From: a virus
Lineage: Duplodnaviria > Heunggongvirae > Uroviricota > Caudoviricetes
Direction: 5' to 3' (one strand)
DNA: 27,077 nucleotides
Virus record (IMG/VR): IMGVR_UViG_2833096052_000002
Coordinates: 11,673 to 38,749 of that record
Part shown: positions 1 to 10,478 of the stretch, piece by piece
Layout of the letters: every line of letters starts with the position of its first letter
Numbering within the stretch: the first letter of the stretch is position 1
Notes under the pieces: model-generated
Seen by the model: the letters and a program-made list of their open reading frames with translations, nothing else
Databases searched by the model: none
What the model was told of the DNA's origin: nothing
Made by a program: the position numbers and the translations under genes

Positions 1-12
1 TCATCTTCCAAG

Positions 13-26
13 TAAACTGTCGTTTA
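13..26. repeat. KAAA-N6-TTTM boundary palindrome (TAAA CTGTCG TTTA)
   Basis: Overlaps the TAA stop at 24-26. Confidence 0.6.
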
Positions 27-452
27 TTGTTTATTGCTTTTTATATAATCCAAATATTCTTTGTGATACACATCTAGGTCTTTTAGTAATTCTTTACAAT
101 TTTCTGCGTACTGAATATATGTATCAGCCAAATGTCGTCTGCTTTCTTCTGAATCATCGACTAGCTTATATTTCCATTTATTAGCTCTTAACAAGTCTGC
201 ATTATGGTTATAAGTTTCAATACTTTCAGCGTATTCTTTCTTTTTCTTTTCATATGTTTCATCATCAATAATCAGATGTCCAAGTAATTTAGGGAAATCA
301 AAACCTAGTTGTGTTCTTGATATTCCATTGTCTTCTGCATATTTAATATTCCAAGCAATATCATCCCAAGCCATACCACCCAAAAGTGATTTGTTATCCT
401 CTTGTTGCATATATGAAAAATACTCATATAATTCTTCCTTTGATTTGCTCAT
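24..452 (-). CDS. Hypothetical phage protein (142 aa)
   Basis: ORF with a strong SD (GGAGGTG, 4 nt before ATG). No family recognised. Confidence 0.8.
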   Translation of the reverse strand: MSKSKEELYEYFSYMQQEDNKSLLGGMAWDDIAWNIKYAEDNGISRTQLGFDFPKLLGHLIIDDETYEKKKKEYAESIETYNHNADLLRANKWKYKLVDDSEESRRHLADTYIQYAENCKELLKDLDVYHKEYLDYIKSNKQ

Positions 453-508
453 AATTCACCTCCTATGAGAAATCAGTTTATTCTTGCTACTGTATTATTC
501 TCTGTTCT

Positions 509-1069
509 TTATAAAACTTCATCGACAATTCCGTACTTGACTGCTTTATCAGAATGAATATAGAAATCTTTCTTCTTTTCACGAATCTCCTTAATATCAT
601 CTTTTGTGAGATTGGTTCTGTCGATTACATATTCTTCAATCTTTTTATTCAGCCAGTCCATTTCTTCTCTGTCTTCTACCAAATCCTGATATTTACCACT
701 TCTCCAAAAACTTATCTGATGATACATAAATGTTGAATGTTTATAGCAAAATCTTTTATGCCCTGCTAAGAAAATCTTAAAAGCTGCACTCATTGCAGAT
801 CCTGTACAATATGTATAGATTGGAGTTTTGCTATTGAGAATAATATCAATTAATCCCCACATCTCATAAGCAGATCCACCATACGAGTTGATATATAGTT
901 TAATTGGCTCACGCTTATAATCTTTCTCTTTCTCATCTTTCTCATCATCTTCTTGAATCTGTTGTAAAATGCTCCATGTTAATTTACCAATAGATTCGTT
1001 GTCTACATCATCAGATAAGAACAATGTCTTTTTGTCTGTATTTGCATATGAATTATCTCTTGAACTCAT
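509..1069 (-). CDS. clpP: ClpP-like serine protease
   Basis: Motifs TLFLSDDVD, PIKLYINSYGG, TGSAMSAA (catalytic Ser), FMYHQ (His) and KDFY..AVKYGIVD. SD AGGAGG. Confidence 0.9.
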   Translation of the reverse strand: MSSRDNSYANTDKKTLFLSDDVDNESIGKLTWSILQQIQEDDEKDEKEKDYKREPIKLYINSYGGSAYEMWGLIDIILNSKTPIYTYCTGSAMSAAFKIFLAGHKRFCYKHSTFMYHQISFWRSGKYQDLVEDREEMDWLNKKIEEYVIDRTNLTKDDIKEIREKKKDFYIHSDKAVKYGIVDEVL

Positions 1070-1159
1070 AAATCCTCCTATTTTGTTATTTTTATTGTTT
1101 CAATGTACAATATATAGTATGTTTTTATGTTGTCCGCACACTATATATTGTATACAAAA

Positions 1160-1173
1160 GAAATCCGTCTTTC
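1160..1173. repeat. KAAA-N6-TTTM palindrome (GAAA TCCGTC TTTC)
   Basis: Intergenic, between the HD gene and clpP. Confidence 0.6.
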
Positions 1174-1241
1174 CTTGGCTTTTTGAGTCTCTGAAATGCC
1201 CTATTTATGGGCATTCCAGAAATCCTCTATTGTATTATTCT

Positions 1242-1986
1242 CTACAGCTTGGCAAGTAAACTCTTAATTGGCTCTCTATTCATATTTTCTTTAGCCCATG
1301 ATATGTAACTTGGATCTGACTGAGCAACATCAACAAGCTTCTCGCCACTGTGTTTTCCAAAGTTCAGAACATAATCCTCTAACTTAACGGTTTCTTTCTT
1401 TGGCGCTTCAAATCCGTCAAATAGAACTTCAATATCTTTACGACTTGCAAGGTAGTCTGCTAAGTGTAAAATCGTCTGATATTTGTTTTTAGGCAATGGT
1501 AATACCGTTGAACTTCTTTTATCAGTATTCCATGCACCCATATGGCTCTCAATTGTAGTTGCAATCATTTCGATTTCTTCGTCAGGAAGTTCATTGCCTT
1601 TTAACTCACGAATAACATTAGCTGCTAAAAGAGGATGGTTAAACTTTGTATATTTATTTTTTGTGAAGTCATCATCATTTCCGCTTTTTCGTGAATCATG
1701 CATCATCCCTGCAACTCTCATTAAATCTTTCTCTCTTTGAGTAAAATTCTTACCAAAGCAATCAACCGCGAAAATATGGTTTAAGAATCTTACCAAAGCA
1801 CATGTATGTCTTGCCAATCCTAAATCACCAAGAGCATATTGAGGATGGTATTTTCCCGTACTTGACGCACCCACATTCCAAAAAATAATCTAGGATTGTT
1901 TCAATACATCTTTCTGCAAATTTTCTAATATCTTCTGATTCAATTGTGTTTAAAATCGAATCAAAAATGCTTGACTTACTATTCAT
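1242..1986 (-). CDS. HD-domain phosphohydrolase with a C-terminal FGKH..DP.Y..W (DUF3820/ExoX-C-like) module; split by a +1 frameshift at 1880-1885
   Basis: ATG at 1986 behind SD AGGAG gives MNSKSSIF...ETILDYF. Removing one T from the T6 run joins it to WNVGASSTGKYHP...RHT...MMHD...HP...ESHMG...HLADYLAS. Confidence 0.8.
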
Positions 1987-1994
1987 ATATTCTC

Positions 1995-4238
1995 CTATTC
2001 TGCTTTCATAAATATCTGAAGCATTGTTTTTCTATCGAAATTTTCCTTCTTTTTAAGTGCATTATTTACTGTACGAATTTCTCCAAGGTGATAACATTTT
2101 TCTTTTGCTCTACTTTCTCCTACATATAACAAATTGGAATTCAACATGAAGGTATGTGCTTTAGGCGTAATTAAAACAACCACCTTGAACTGACCACCCT
2201 GAGATTTGTGTGTGCTGATAGCATAAGCCAATCGAATATTTTTCATAGAACTTTTTGGGATATAGATAAGCGTTCCATCATAATCAACAACCATTGCATC
2301 TTTTAGAATTTTTACAACTCTACCAGATTCACCATTAGCAATAAATGTTGTATTTTTATCATCAATATATTCCTCATTATAGATAATTGCTTTGTAATCA
2401 TTAGCATAGTTCATTACAATGTCATTCAATCTGAATTCTGTATCTCCAAATGTAATTTTCGCCTTCGGATTAGAATTAACTGCGTTTTGTATCTTCTTAT
2501 TTAATGCTACTGTTCCATAATCACCTACGTTATAGCAAGATAATACTGCAATATCATCAACAGAATATCCTTTGGATAATAATGTCTGATAAAGTTTTAC
2601 AGTATATCCAACAAGTTTATCTTGAAGAATCGGCATAAATATATATGACTGATCTTCACCAAACACTTGCATACCTGTTTTGGTCTTATCTAAATATTCA
2701 GTACCAGTTCGTGTATCTGTAGCAACTGTTGAAAGACCACCTTTACCATATCTGAATACTTTATCAAGCGTAATTGTAGGTATGTTTTCACATTTCAATA
2801 AGTCATATAACACATTACCAGCTCCAACTGAAGGAATCTGTGCATCATCACCAATTAAAAGTAATTTAGTCTTTTCAAAATCAATAGCTTCAAGTAATCT
2901 TCTAAATAAGAAAATATCAACCATAGAAAATTCATCTACGATTACTACATCATATGGTAATTTGTTTTCTTCATTAAATCCCCAATCGGCAGGTGGCATA
3001 TACATAAGACCTCTATGGATTGTCATGGCATTTTCATTTGTAAATCCTGATAATACCTTTGCAGCTCTACCAGTAGGTGCTAAAAGTAAGTGTCTTTTGT
3101 TATATGCATTAAGCATATTTACAAATGCTTGTGTACTCGATGATTTACCACTACCACCATAACCAACTAAAAGAACTATGTTGTTTTCACACATATATTG
3201 AGAAGTTTTACACTGATTGTCTGTTAATTTGAATCCGTCAAGTTCTTGAAATTTAGAGCAATCACAATCCCATTTAGTATGTATTTGTAATCCTTCTTTA
3301 ATCCTATCTGATATATATTTCTCTGTTTCATATGTTTCTTTTTTACATACACTTAATAATTCTCTATCAAATATAACATCATTCTCACTTTTTAATATGA
3401 GTGGCAAATTATTTTTTGCTTCTGGAACTAAAACATCAAACTGTTTCTTCAAATCACCAACATGCATATATGTATTGCCATTGTTCTCATTTTCATCAAG
3501 TAAATAGTCTACACATGCTTTTGCTCTTTGGTATGATGTAATCAAATCAAATCCAAAAAACAATACTGGTTTCTTTCCATTTTTTTGACATTCCTTGCCA
3601 TCTTTATCAAGGGTAAGTAATAATGAATCGGCGGTCTTAAAACCAATTCCACCAAGTCTACATAAACATTGATAAGGTTCTTCTCTGATAACTTCCTTGA
3701 TTTTATCTACTGATGTATATTTGTCATACAACTTTTTTACTGTTGAAAGATTGAATAAACCTCTGAACTCTTCAACAATCTCAGCTAACTTGAAATTTTC
3801 TATAACTTTATTTTTAATGACATTGAATGTATAATCCTTGATTCCTTTAGTCTTATTCAAATCAATATCATCTAATCTGTTATTCATAATCCTATCTACA
3901 ATATCAGGGTACGCTTCAAGTAATACATCCGTTTGATTTGGTGTTAATATTTCATATAAGAAATTTCTTGTTGCTGCTAATGTAGTAGGTTTCTCTCTTT
4001 TAATATTGATTACATCGTATCCGACTCCATGAGAATCGGATACCTCCTTTGCTTTTACAATGTAATCAACTCCAAGATTAAGTTCTGAAATATTACCTTT
4101 AATAGTTGCTGTGCCATATTTGCCAATCTGTACATCAGGATATTCAAATGAATTGACAGAAACGCCATATATTTTGAAGTCAGTAGAATTATATACAGGT
4201 CTTTCTGGTACACATTTAAACTCAATTATTTTATCCAA
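1995..4238 (-). CDS. recD2: RecD2-like SF1B helicase
   Basis: Walker A GYGGSGKS, APTGRAAK, VIVDEFSM, GDDAQIPSVGAG, AYAISTHKSQG, and an N-terminal HhH region (GIGFKTAD). Likely start is TTG at 4238 behind SD AGGAG; the ORF track starts at 4268. Confidence 0.92.
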   Translation of the reverse strand: MDKIIEFKCVPERPVYNSTDFKIYGVSVNSFEYPDVQIGKYGTATIKGNISELNLGVDYIVKAKEVSDSHGVGYDVINIKREKPTTLAATRNFLYEILTPNQTDVLLEAYPDIVDRIMNNRLDDIDLNKTKGIKDYTFNVIKNKVIENFKLAEIVEEFRGLFNLSTVKKLYDKYTSVDKIKEVIREEPYQCLCRLGGIGFKTADSLLLTLDKDGKECQKNGKKPVLFFGFDLITSYQRAKACVDYLLDENENNGNTYMHVGDLKKQFDVLVPEAKNNLPLILKSENDVIFDRELLSVCKKETYETEKYISDRIKEGLQIHTKWDCDCSKFQELDGFKLTDNQCKTSQYMCENNIVLLVGYGGSGKSSSTQAFVNMLNAYNKRHLLLAPTGRAAKVLSGFTNENAMTIHRGLMYMPPADWGFNEENKLPYDVVIVDEFSMVDIFLFRRLLEAIDFEKTKLLLIGDDAQIPSVGAGNVLYDLLKCENIPTITLDKVFRYGKGGLSTVATDTRTGTEYLDKTKTGMQVFGEDQSYIFMPILQDKLVGYTVKLYQTLLSKGYSVDDIAVLSCYNVGDYGTVALNKKIQNAVNSNPKAKITFGDTEFRLNDIVMNYANDYKAIIYNEEYIDDKNTTFIANGESGRVVKILKDAMVVDYDGTLIYIPKSSMKNIRLAYAISTHKSQGGQFKVVVLITPKAHTFMLNSNLLYVGESRAKEKCYHLGEIRTVNNALKKKENFDRKTMLQIFMKAE

Positions 4239-4252
4239 CTTTACATCTCCTT

Positions 4253-7200
4253 TTAATATACGTCCCACTTCTTTACTATTCTCTCTTTTTCATCTGTTTT
4301 AATCCAATCGCCACCAACCTTCTTCATTTTATTTCTCTCACCAAATTCTTTTACATTGATGACATTACCTACTATAAATGGGGATTCAATGAATGACTTT
4401 CCAGAAGTGATTTTTGTTTTAAGATATTCACCATCTCTCATGTTATAAAGCATAAGGTACGGTTTTGTTTTATCCTTATAAAACTTACACTCAAGAACAT
4501 AATACATATCTTTTGGTGCTTTCGGATTTTTATACATTATATTTCCAAGATACTCTTGTTCATATACAATCTGTTCTTTTATTGATAATGGCTTATTCTC
4601 TAAACCGCTTATCATAAGTTTAACAAGTTTGTCTTTATCAACATTACTATACTGTTTAGGTGTCTCTTTCTCTGCACATTTTCTTACATCTTCTTCTCTA
4701 ATGTTCAGTGATGCAATTTTATCTTTTTTCAATGTCTTGCATTTTCCTAACAAATTGTACATATCAATAATTGATAGTAAATATTTATTCTTGCCAAACT
4801 CAGAAAAGAAATTTAGTGTTGTAAGAATATGTAATTGTCTATCATCCACAGATGTTTTTGATATAATATCAGAAAGTAAATCGACAAAATTATCATAATG
4901 ATTTTTAGACAATTCATATAATTCGTCTGCGATCTGATCATTACAATATTTTATAGAAGAGATTCCTTGATAAATGGCATTTTCGTCTTTATCCATAAAA
5001 TACTGTGCTTTGGATTTGCCAAATTTTATTCCTTTGATTTCTATTCCCTGTGATTTGATATATTCTTTGATATTTGACATTTTTTCATTATTGTCTACAT
5101 AAACATTTAATGCTGATGTTAATAGCTCAATCTTATGGTAATACCTTAACCATCCAATAAATAGACCTATCATACTATATGGAACGGAATGATTTCGTGA
5201 AAATAAATAATTAGATGCATCTTCGATTACTATCAAGAATGATTTTATAGTTTCTTTTGCCTCAGCTTCTGTCATTCCATACTTCTCTTGTGCAATTGCA
5301 ATAAATCCTGGAATATATCTATCATCTTTATTACCGTGAATATCTACCATATATCCACCATTTTCAATAATAGGTATATCTGCTTCAGTACCTGTTTTCT
5401 TAGCAAAATGTCTACGGACAATATCTGCTTGTCCCATAGTAAAGCCACAGAAATCATGTAAGAAATCAATAATCTGTTCCTGATATACTAAATAACCAAG
5501 TGTAGGTTTTAAAAACTCATTAAGTGCTTCATTGCCATTGTCCTTGTAAATACCATTAAATAACTGTTCTCTATAAGATTCACCTGCTGGTCTAATAGCA
5601 CCACTAACCATAGCCATTACATCAAGATATGAGATATTATCATTCTGTGCTTTAATATTCTCCAAAGTTTCCTTACTAAGTGTTCTTTTTAATGAATCAC
5701 TTGCAAAACCACTTTCAAACTGGAATATCAATGTAGTATCTTTTGCTATTGAGTTAATAACATTTTCATCTGAGAAATTAACCTTATCAGGTGTTAAATA
5801 ATCTATACCTGCAAGTTTACAAGCACCATCAATTAATCCAACAGCATTTAATCCTAACAAATCTAACTTTACATAATTTAAAGAATCAATTTCGTGCATG
5901 TCTATTTGGCTTACAGGACGTGGATCTGATGTAATAGATAATGTTCCAAAATCATATCTTATATCTGTAGGACTACAAACAATTCCTGCTGCATGTCTGC
6001 CAAGTGATGTAATTGTTCCGATTACCATATCAATATATTTAAACATTTCTGGATATTGTTCTCTGATTTCTTCTGGCATATAATCCCTGCCTTTATCATC
6101 AGTTTCTACCATATTTGATAATTCTTGGGTTTGATCAGGAGTCATCCCATATGCTCTACCGACATCTTTTATCGCTGCTTTTAACTGAATTGTATTAAAA
6201 GTAATAATGTTGCAACAATACAAACCTTCCTTATTAAATAGATACTCACGCACTTTATATCTATCTTCTGCGTAAATATCAGTATCTACATCAGCCAATG
6301 ACATTCTTTCAGGATTCATAAATCGTGAGAAGTTAAGTTTATATTTAACTGAATCAACATCAGTACATTTAATCAAATATGCAATCTCACTACCAGACAC
6401 AGAACCTCTTGAACATCCATAGTGCATATTATTTTTTAGCAACCAATTCTTGTAATCTGAATCGAGTAACATAAAATCAATAGCGTCATTATGTTTATAT
6501 GTTTCTAACTCTTCCTGTATCCTTGGAATATACTCTGTTTTATAATTTGGAAGTTTGCTTATCCTACGTTCTTTTACGCCTTGAACTATTCGTGCCTTAA
6601 ATTCTTTCTCAGCATCAGGATATAATCTTGGATATTTATTACTATAATCCAATTCATATGATTCAATATTATCTGCGAATCTATTTGTTTCTTCGATTGC
6701 ATCAAGATAAATTGATTTGGGTAATGCATTCTGTAATTCAAAGGCAGTAACCATATCATCATAAGATTTCCATGACAAATCACACGCATCCTCGTCATGA
6801 AAATTAACATTTTTTGATTTCTGCATCACTGCTCTACCCATCATATGATCTTTATCAATAGCATGTACATCGCTTGTAGCAATAAGCTTCATTCCATATT
6901 TCTGAGCAATTCTATACAAATACTGATTGTAATAAATTTGAACGTCAAAATTGTGTGGCTGTATTTCCAACCAACATCTATGCTTATTTTTAATAAGGAA
7001 TTTCAGAAATCTTTCCTGTACTTCTTTCGTTCCTTTACATAACATGCCTGCAACACAAGCTGTTAATACTAAAATATTATCTGATGTATTCTCAAGTTCC
7101 TCTAAGGTAATTCGTGGATTATAATAAAAATGACCATCATTACGATTAAATGAATCAGAAGAAAGTTTGTTAAGTTCTAATACCCCGTCATAATTCTTTG

Positions 7201-7486
7201 CGTATAAGCAACAATGATAATTGTCTCTTTGCAGATTATCCATATCAATTTTTTCTGTTACATAGAATTCTTCTGCATTAATATATTTCAACCCAGCCTT
7301 TTCACATGCCTGTCTTTTTGCAACATTATGAAGGACTGCGCCATGCTCTGTGAAAGCAATGGCTTTCATTCCTTCTGATTTTGCTTTATCAATATAAGCT
7401 TGAAAAGGGGTGATTGAGTCAACTTCAAGACCGCTATATGGGTTAGAATCCATACTATGTAAATGTAATACTGTTAAATTGCTCAA
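4253..7486 (-). CDS. dnaE: DNA polymerase III alpha subunit (family C, PHP domain with intact-looking metal ligands)
   Basis: HLHS..S, FTEHG, TSDVH, RGSVSGS, FSRFMNPER, DVDTD catalytic aspartates, GRHAAG, KLDLLGL, YQEQ, YLFSRNHS. No intein seen. Confidence 0.96.
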   Translation of the reverse strand: MSNLTVLHLHSMDSNPYSGLEVDSITPFQAYIDKAKSEGMKAIAFTEHGAVLHNVAKRQACEKAGLKYINAEEFYVTEKIDMDNLQRDNYHCCLYAKNYDGVLELNKLSSDSFNRNDGHFYYNPRITLEELENTSDNILVLTACVAGMLCKGTKEVQERFLKFLIKNKHRCWLEIQPHNFDVQIYYNQYLYRIAQKYGMKLIATSDVHAIDKDHMMGRAVMQKSKNVNFHDEDACDLSWKSYDDMVTAFELQNALPKSIYLDAIEETNRFADNIESYELDYSNKYPRLYPDAEKEFKARIVQGVKERRISKLPNYKTEYIPRIQEELETYKHNDAIDFMLLDSDYKNWLLKNNMHYGCSRGSVSGSEIAYLIKCTDVDSVKYKLNFSRFMNPERMSLADVDTDIYAEDRYKVREYLFNKEGLYCCNIITFNTIQLKAAIKDVGRAYGMTPDQTQELSNMVETDDKGRDYMPEEIREQYPEMFKYIDMVIGTITSLGRHAAGIVCSPTDIRYDFGTLSITSDPRPVSQIDMHEIDSLNYVKLDLLGLNAVGLIDGACKLAGIDYLTPDKVNFSDENVINSIAKDTTLIFQFESGFASDSLKRTLSKETLENIKAQNDNISYLDVMAMVSGAIRPAGESYREQLFNGIYKDNGNEALNEFLKPTLGYLVYQEQIIDFLHDFCGFTMGQADIVRRHFAKKTGTEADIPIIENGGYMVDIHGNKDDRYIPGFIAIAQEKYGMTEAEAKETIKSFLIVIEDASNYLFSRNHSVPYSMIGLFIGWLRYYHKIELLTSALNVYVDNNEKMSNIKEYIKSQGIEIKGIKFGKSKAQYFMDKDENAIYQGISSIKYCNDQIADELYELSKNHYDNFVDLLSDIISKTSVDDRQLHILTTLNFFSEFGKNKYLLSIIDMYNLLGKCKTLKKDKIASLNIREEDVRKCAEKETPKQYSNVDKDKLVKLMISGLENKPLSIKEQIVYEQEYLGNIMYKNPKAPKDMYYVLECKFYKDKTKPYLMLYNMRDGEYLKTKITSGKSFIESPFIVGNVINVKEFGERNKMKKVGGDWIKTDEKERIVKKWDVY

Positions 7487-7504
7487 CTTCTCACCTACCT
7501 ATAT

Positions 7505-8674
7505 CTATAAACTATTCACAAATGCCAATAAATCTTCCTCGTCATTATCAGTTTCGTTTTCTTCTCCACTCTTAAATAATTCCTGAGCCTTCAAATATTC
7601 ATCATATGGTTTATGTAATGATCTTGAATATCCTGATAGGGTTGCCAATCTAAAAGCATCTGCATCTGTAACTTCTTGCCAAAAGATATTTTCATCTTCA
7701 CTATCTTTATATTCTCTTTCTTTCTCGTTGATTTCTGAAATAGTGCTAATGATATCTGTTTTTAGATCATTTATCTTCTCTTCTGTTAATGGAATCTGCA
7801 CATAACAATCATGGATTTCGAATTTTTCTCTAACCTCATCTGGTAAACAATCAATATTGTTGTTTAACACCATCTCATCAACATATTTATCAATATCATC
7901 TTCATATCCGAAATTTTTCAGCCACATCTTTGCCGTATTGATAAGACTTTCGCCTATAGAATTTCTTTCTATATATCTATCTTTTTTCTTACCATTTTTC
8001 TGTTCAATGGTAACTGTGACATATTTTAAGAAATTCCATTCGCATACAATATCTTCCAATGGAATATTTAATGCTTGTCTAATACCTTCAGCATAAATAA
8101 CCAACTGACCACATTCAGCGTCAATTTTTGCGCCTTGATAACGTGTAGATGTCTTCCAATCTACAATATGTACACGTTTTTTCTCATTACCATTTTCATC
8201 TTTGTATGACTCGATATAAAGCATGTCAATATATCCTTGTATATAAATATCATCAGAAATTTTAATTGTAATAAAATGCTCAACTTTATGTGGAAAAGTA
8301 ATCTGATTATGATTTTTAAAGAAATGTCTAATGCAATTTTCATATTTATTTGCTATTGCATCATTTTTATCAGAATCACTGCGATTGTATTTGAGTTCTG
8401 CACAATTCATTGTAAATAAGCTATCTTCATATAAATCTGGCATATCCTCATATTTAATTTTGCCAGTATATAGCTGCTCAATAATATCATGTACATTACC
8501 ACCAGATACACAATAAATACTATTTGTTCTATCTTCTTTCTTGTGTAGGATGTATTTCAAAAAATATTCCCATCTATCTTGTTTGTAACAATGATACCTT
8601 GACCATGACCATAATGTATCAACACCAAACTTGTTACAAATTTCTGTTAATTCTTTACTTGTCTTTCTTGCCAA
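7505..8674 (-). CDS. PD-(D/E)xK nuclease, RecB/AddB-like exonuclease
   Basis: QGYIDML...IVDWKT...QLVIY motif, with an acidic C-terminus. Confidence 0.85.
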   Translation of the reverse strand: MARKTSKELTEICNKFGVDTLWSWSRYHCYKQDRWEYFLKYILHKKEDRTNSIYCVSGGNVHDIIEQLYTGKIKYEDMPDLYEDSLFTMNCAELKYNRSDSDKNDAIANKYENCIRHFFKNHNQITFPHKVEHFITIKISDDIYIQGYIDMLYIESYKDENGNEKKRVHIVDWKTSTRYQGAKIDAECGQLVIYAEGIRQALNIPLEDIVCEWNFLKYVTVTIEQKNGKKKDRYIERNSIGESLINTAKMWLKNFGYEDDIDKYVDEMVLNNNIDCLPDEVREKFEIHDCYVQIPLTEEKINDLKTDIISTISEINEKEREYKDSEDENIFWQEVTDADAFRLATLSGYSRSLHKPYDEYLKAQELFKSGEENETDNDEEDLLAFVNSL

Positions 8675-9723
8675 TCTCTTAACTTTCTCCTTTCTGACTC
8701 ATCATATAAAACACGATGCTTGAGAAGGAAGTTGTATACTTTATTTGGCATATCAGCAGGGCTGTCTTTACTACCTTTCTTAATCAAATCCCAACGATCA
8801 TATATGTAACTTACTTTTCTAATAGGATAAAATTTATCACATTCCTGTCTAATATGGTTTATATCAATTCCTTCATCTAAAGCCACTACAATTTCTACAT
8901 TTAAACTGATCAGTATCCTAACTTGTTCTTCTGTAAGCTCACAATTTCCTATTGCAACAGCCGTACCATCTTTTCGTGAATACCTTTTAAGCACCGATTT
9001 CTGCGCTTCCAAAACGACTGCATAACCAGCCTCTTGAATTGTTTGATAATTCTCATTTAACCCATATACATTTATTCCTTTTGGATATGTTTTGGATAAC
9101 TTAAAAAACTTCGGAATATCAAACATCTCATAATTTGGTACAGTAGTTCTCCCACTGATACCTATATATTCATTGTCATCTCCATCCCACTTTCGTTCAG
9201 GAATGACAATTCGTTTTCTATCATATGAATATCCAATATTAAATCTTTTACATGCAAAAGGCATAACGCCTTCACGAATCCAATCAATATATGGCAAATC
9301 AATATATTCTTTCATACATGAATCATCATACACTGGAACATCTTTATCAATTGTGTATCTTTGGCGTTTCACCTTTTTGAAGATTGCTAATGGATCTTTC
9401 TTATTATCTTTGTTGTCACTCTTGCTATATGAATATTTCAAACCTAAAATATTGTGGAGATATTTATTAGCTTTTCCAAAAGATATACCTTTTATTGTCA
9501 TAACCAATGTAAAAATATCTCCACGCTTATTTTCTTCCGAACTTCTAATCGCCACTGATAATGTATCTTTCTTTACACATATCGCAGTTTTATTATTGCC
9601 TTGTGGCAAGGCGGCTCTCCATTCAGTAGAATAACTTTTTATTCCGTGACACTCTAAGGCAAGAAGAATTTGTTCCACACAATTATTCTCTATAATGTAT
9701 TCTTTAAGTTCACCAGCATTAAT
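8647..9723 (-). CDS. dnaG: Phage DNA primase (TOPRIM)
   Basis: RIVIPER, GISGRT, YGL, VVLEAQKS, VVALDEG and KDSPAD; lies between DnaB and the polymerase. Start is probably ATT at 9723; the ORF track starts at 9786. Confidence 0.8.
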   Translation of the reverse strand: MNAGELKEYIIENNCVEQILLALECHGIKSYSTEWRAALPQGNNKTAICVKKDTLSVAIRSSEENKRGDIFTLVMTIKGISFGKANKYLHNILGLKYSYSKSDNKDNKKDPLAIFKKVKRQRYTIDKDVPVYDDSCMKEYIDLPYIDWIREGVMPFACKRFNIGYSYDRKRIVIPERKWDGDDNEYIGISGRTTVPNYEMFDIPKFFKLSKTYPKGINVYGLNENYQTIQEAGYAVVLEAQKSVLKRYSRKDGTAVAIGNCELTEEQVRILISLNVEIVVALDEGIDINHIRQECDKFYPIRKVSYIYDRWDLIKKGSKDSPADMPNKVYNFLLKHRVLYDESERRKLRDWQERQVKN

Positions 9724-10458
9724 TATGACCACCGCCTTTATCAAGGAATTTTTCATATAAATGTTTTTGAGGTGCAAATTCACCATAATATTTTTGTTCA
9801 GCTAATAATCTTGCTTTTATTGCTTCTGTCATGTCACTAAAGAATCCTAAATGAATTGCTTTGCCATTCATATGTACTCTTGCTTGCCATTTGTTTTGTG
9901 TTTTATTCCAATTAACACCTATAATTCCAGATGTATTATTTTTCTTAAGACCATTATTTCGATTATTTTCTGAATAAGAACAGATTCGTAAATTTGACTT
10001 TCTGCAATCATTTTTATTTCTATTGATATGATCTACAATATTTGTTGAAGGAAGAATAAGTGAATGAAGATTTATTCGTTTTTTATCAGGCTTTTGTGCT
10101 TGCACATATCCATTTCCTGAGATATGCCAACAATAATCTTTAATTTTGTCATAATCCTCTAAATCAAAATAAAACTCTTCACCTTTAGATGTGTATCCAA
10201 TACCATATTCACCTGATAAATCATAAGTATTATATTTTTTGTTTCTATCTTTGCTACTTTGAATTTTTAAACAACCACACGATTTTGTAGTACCATTAGT
10301 CAAGCTTCCTGATACAATTGATTTATAATTACCGCAATCACACAAACATTTCCAATAAACATTTCTTCCTTTGTGTTTCTTCGTTTCATTTTTATCAACT
10401 TCTAAAATACAATCAATTTCCCGAATCTTTGACCTGATAAATCTCGTATTGCACCCAT
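9719..10458 (-). pseudogene. Free-standing HNH-AP2 homing endonuclease, frameshifted after codon 18
   Basis: SD GGAGG plus ATG at 10458 gives MGAIRDLSGQRFGKLIVF-stop (TAG at 10402-10404). Another frame continues with WKCLCDCG, TKSCGC, VDHINRNKNDCRKSNLR (HNH) and NTSGIIGV..WQARV..HLGFF (AP2). Confidence 0.85.
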
Positions 10459-10478
10459 CCTTATCCTCCATCACAAAT

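Noticed and set aside
7505-8674. Cas4 / CRISPR association of the PD-(D/E)xK nuclease
   Set aside because: The four-Cys Fe-S pattern is not evident, there are no cas genes or repeat-spacer array, and the context is a replication/recombination operon.
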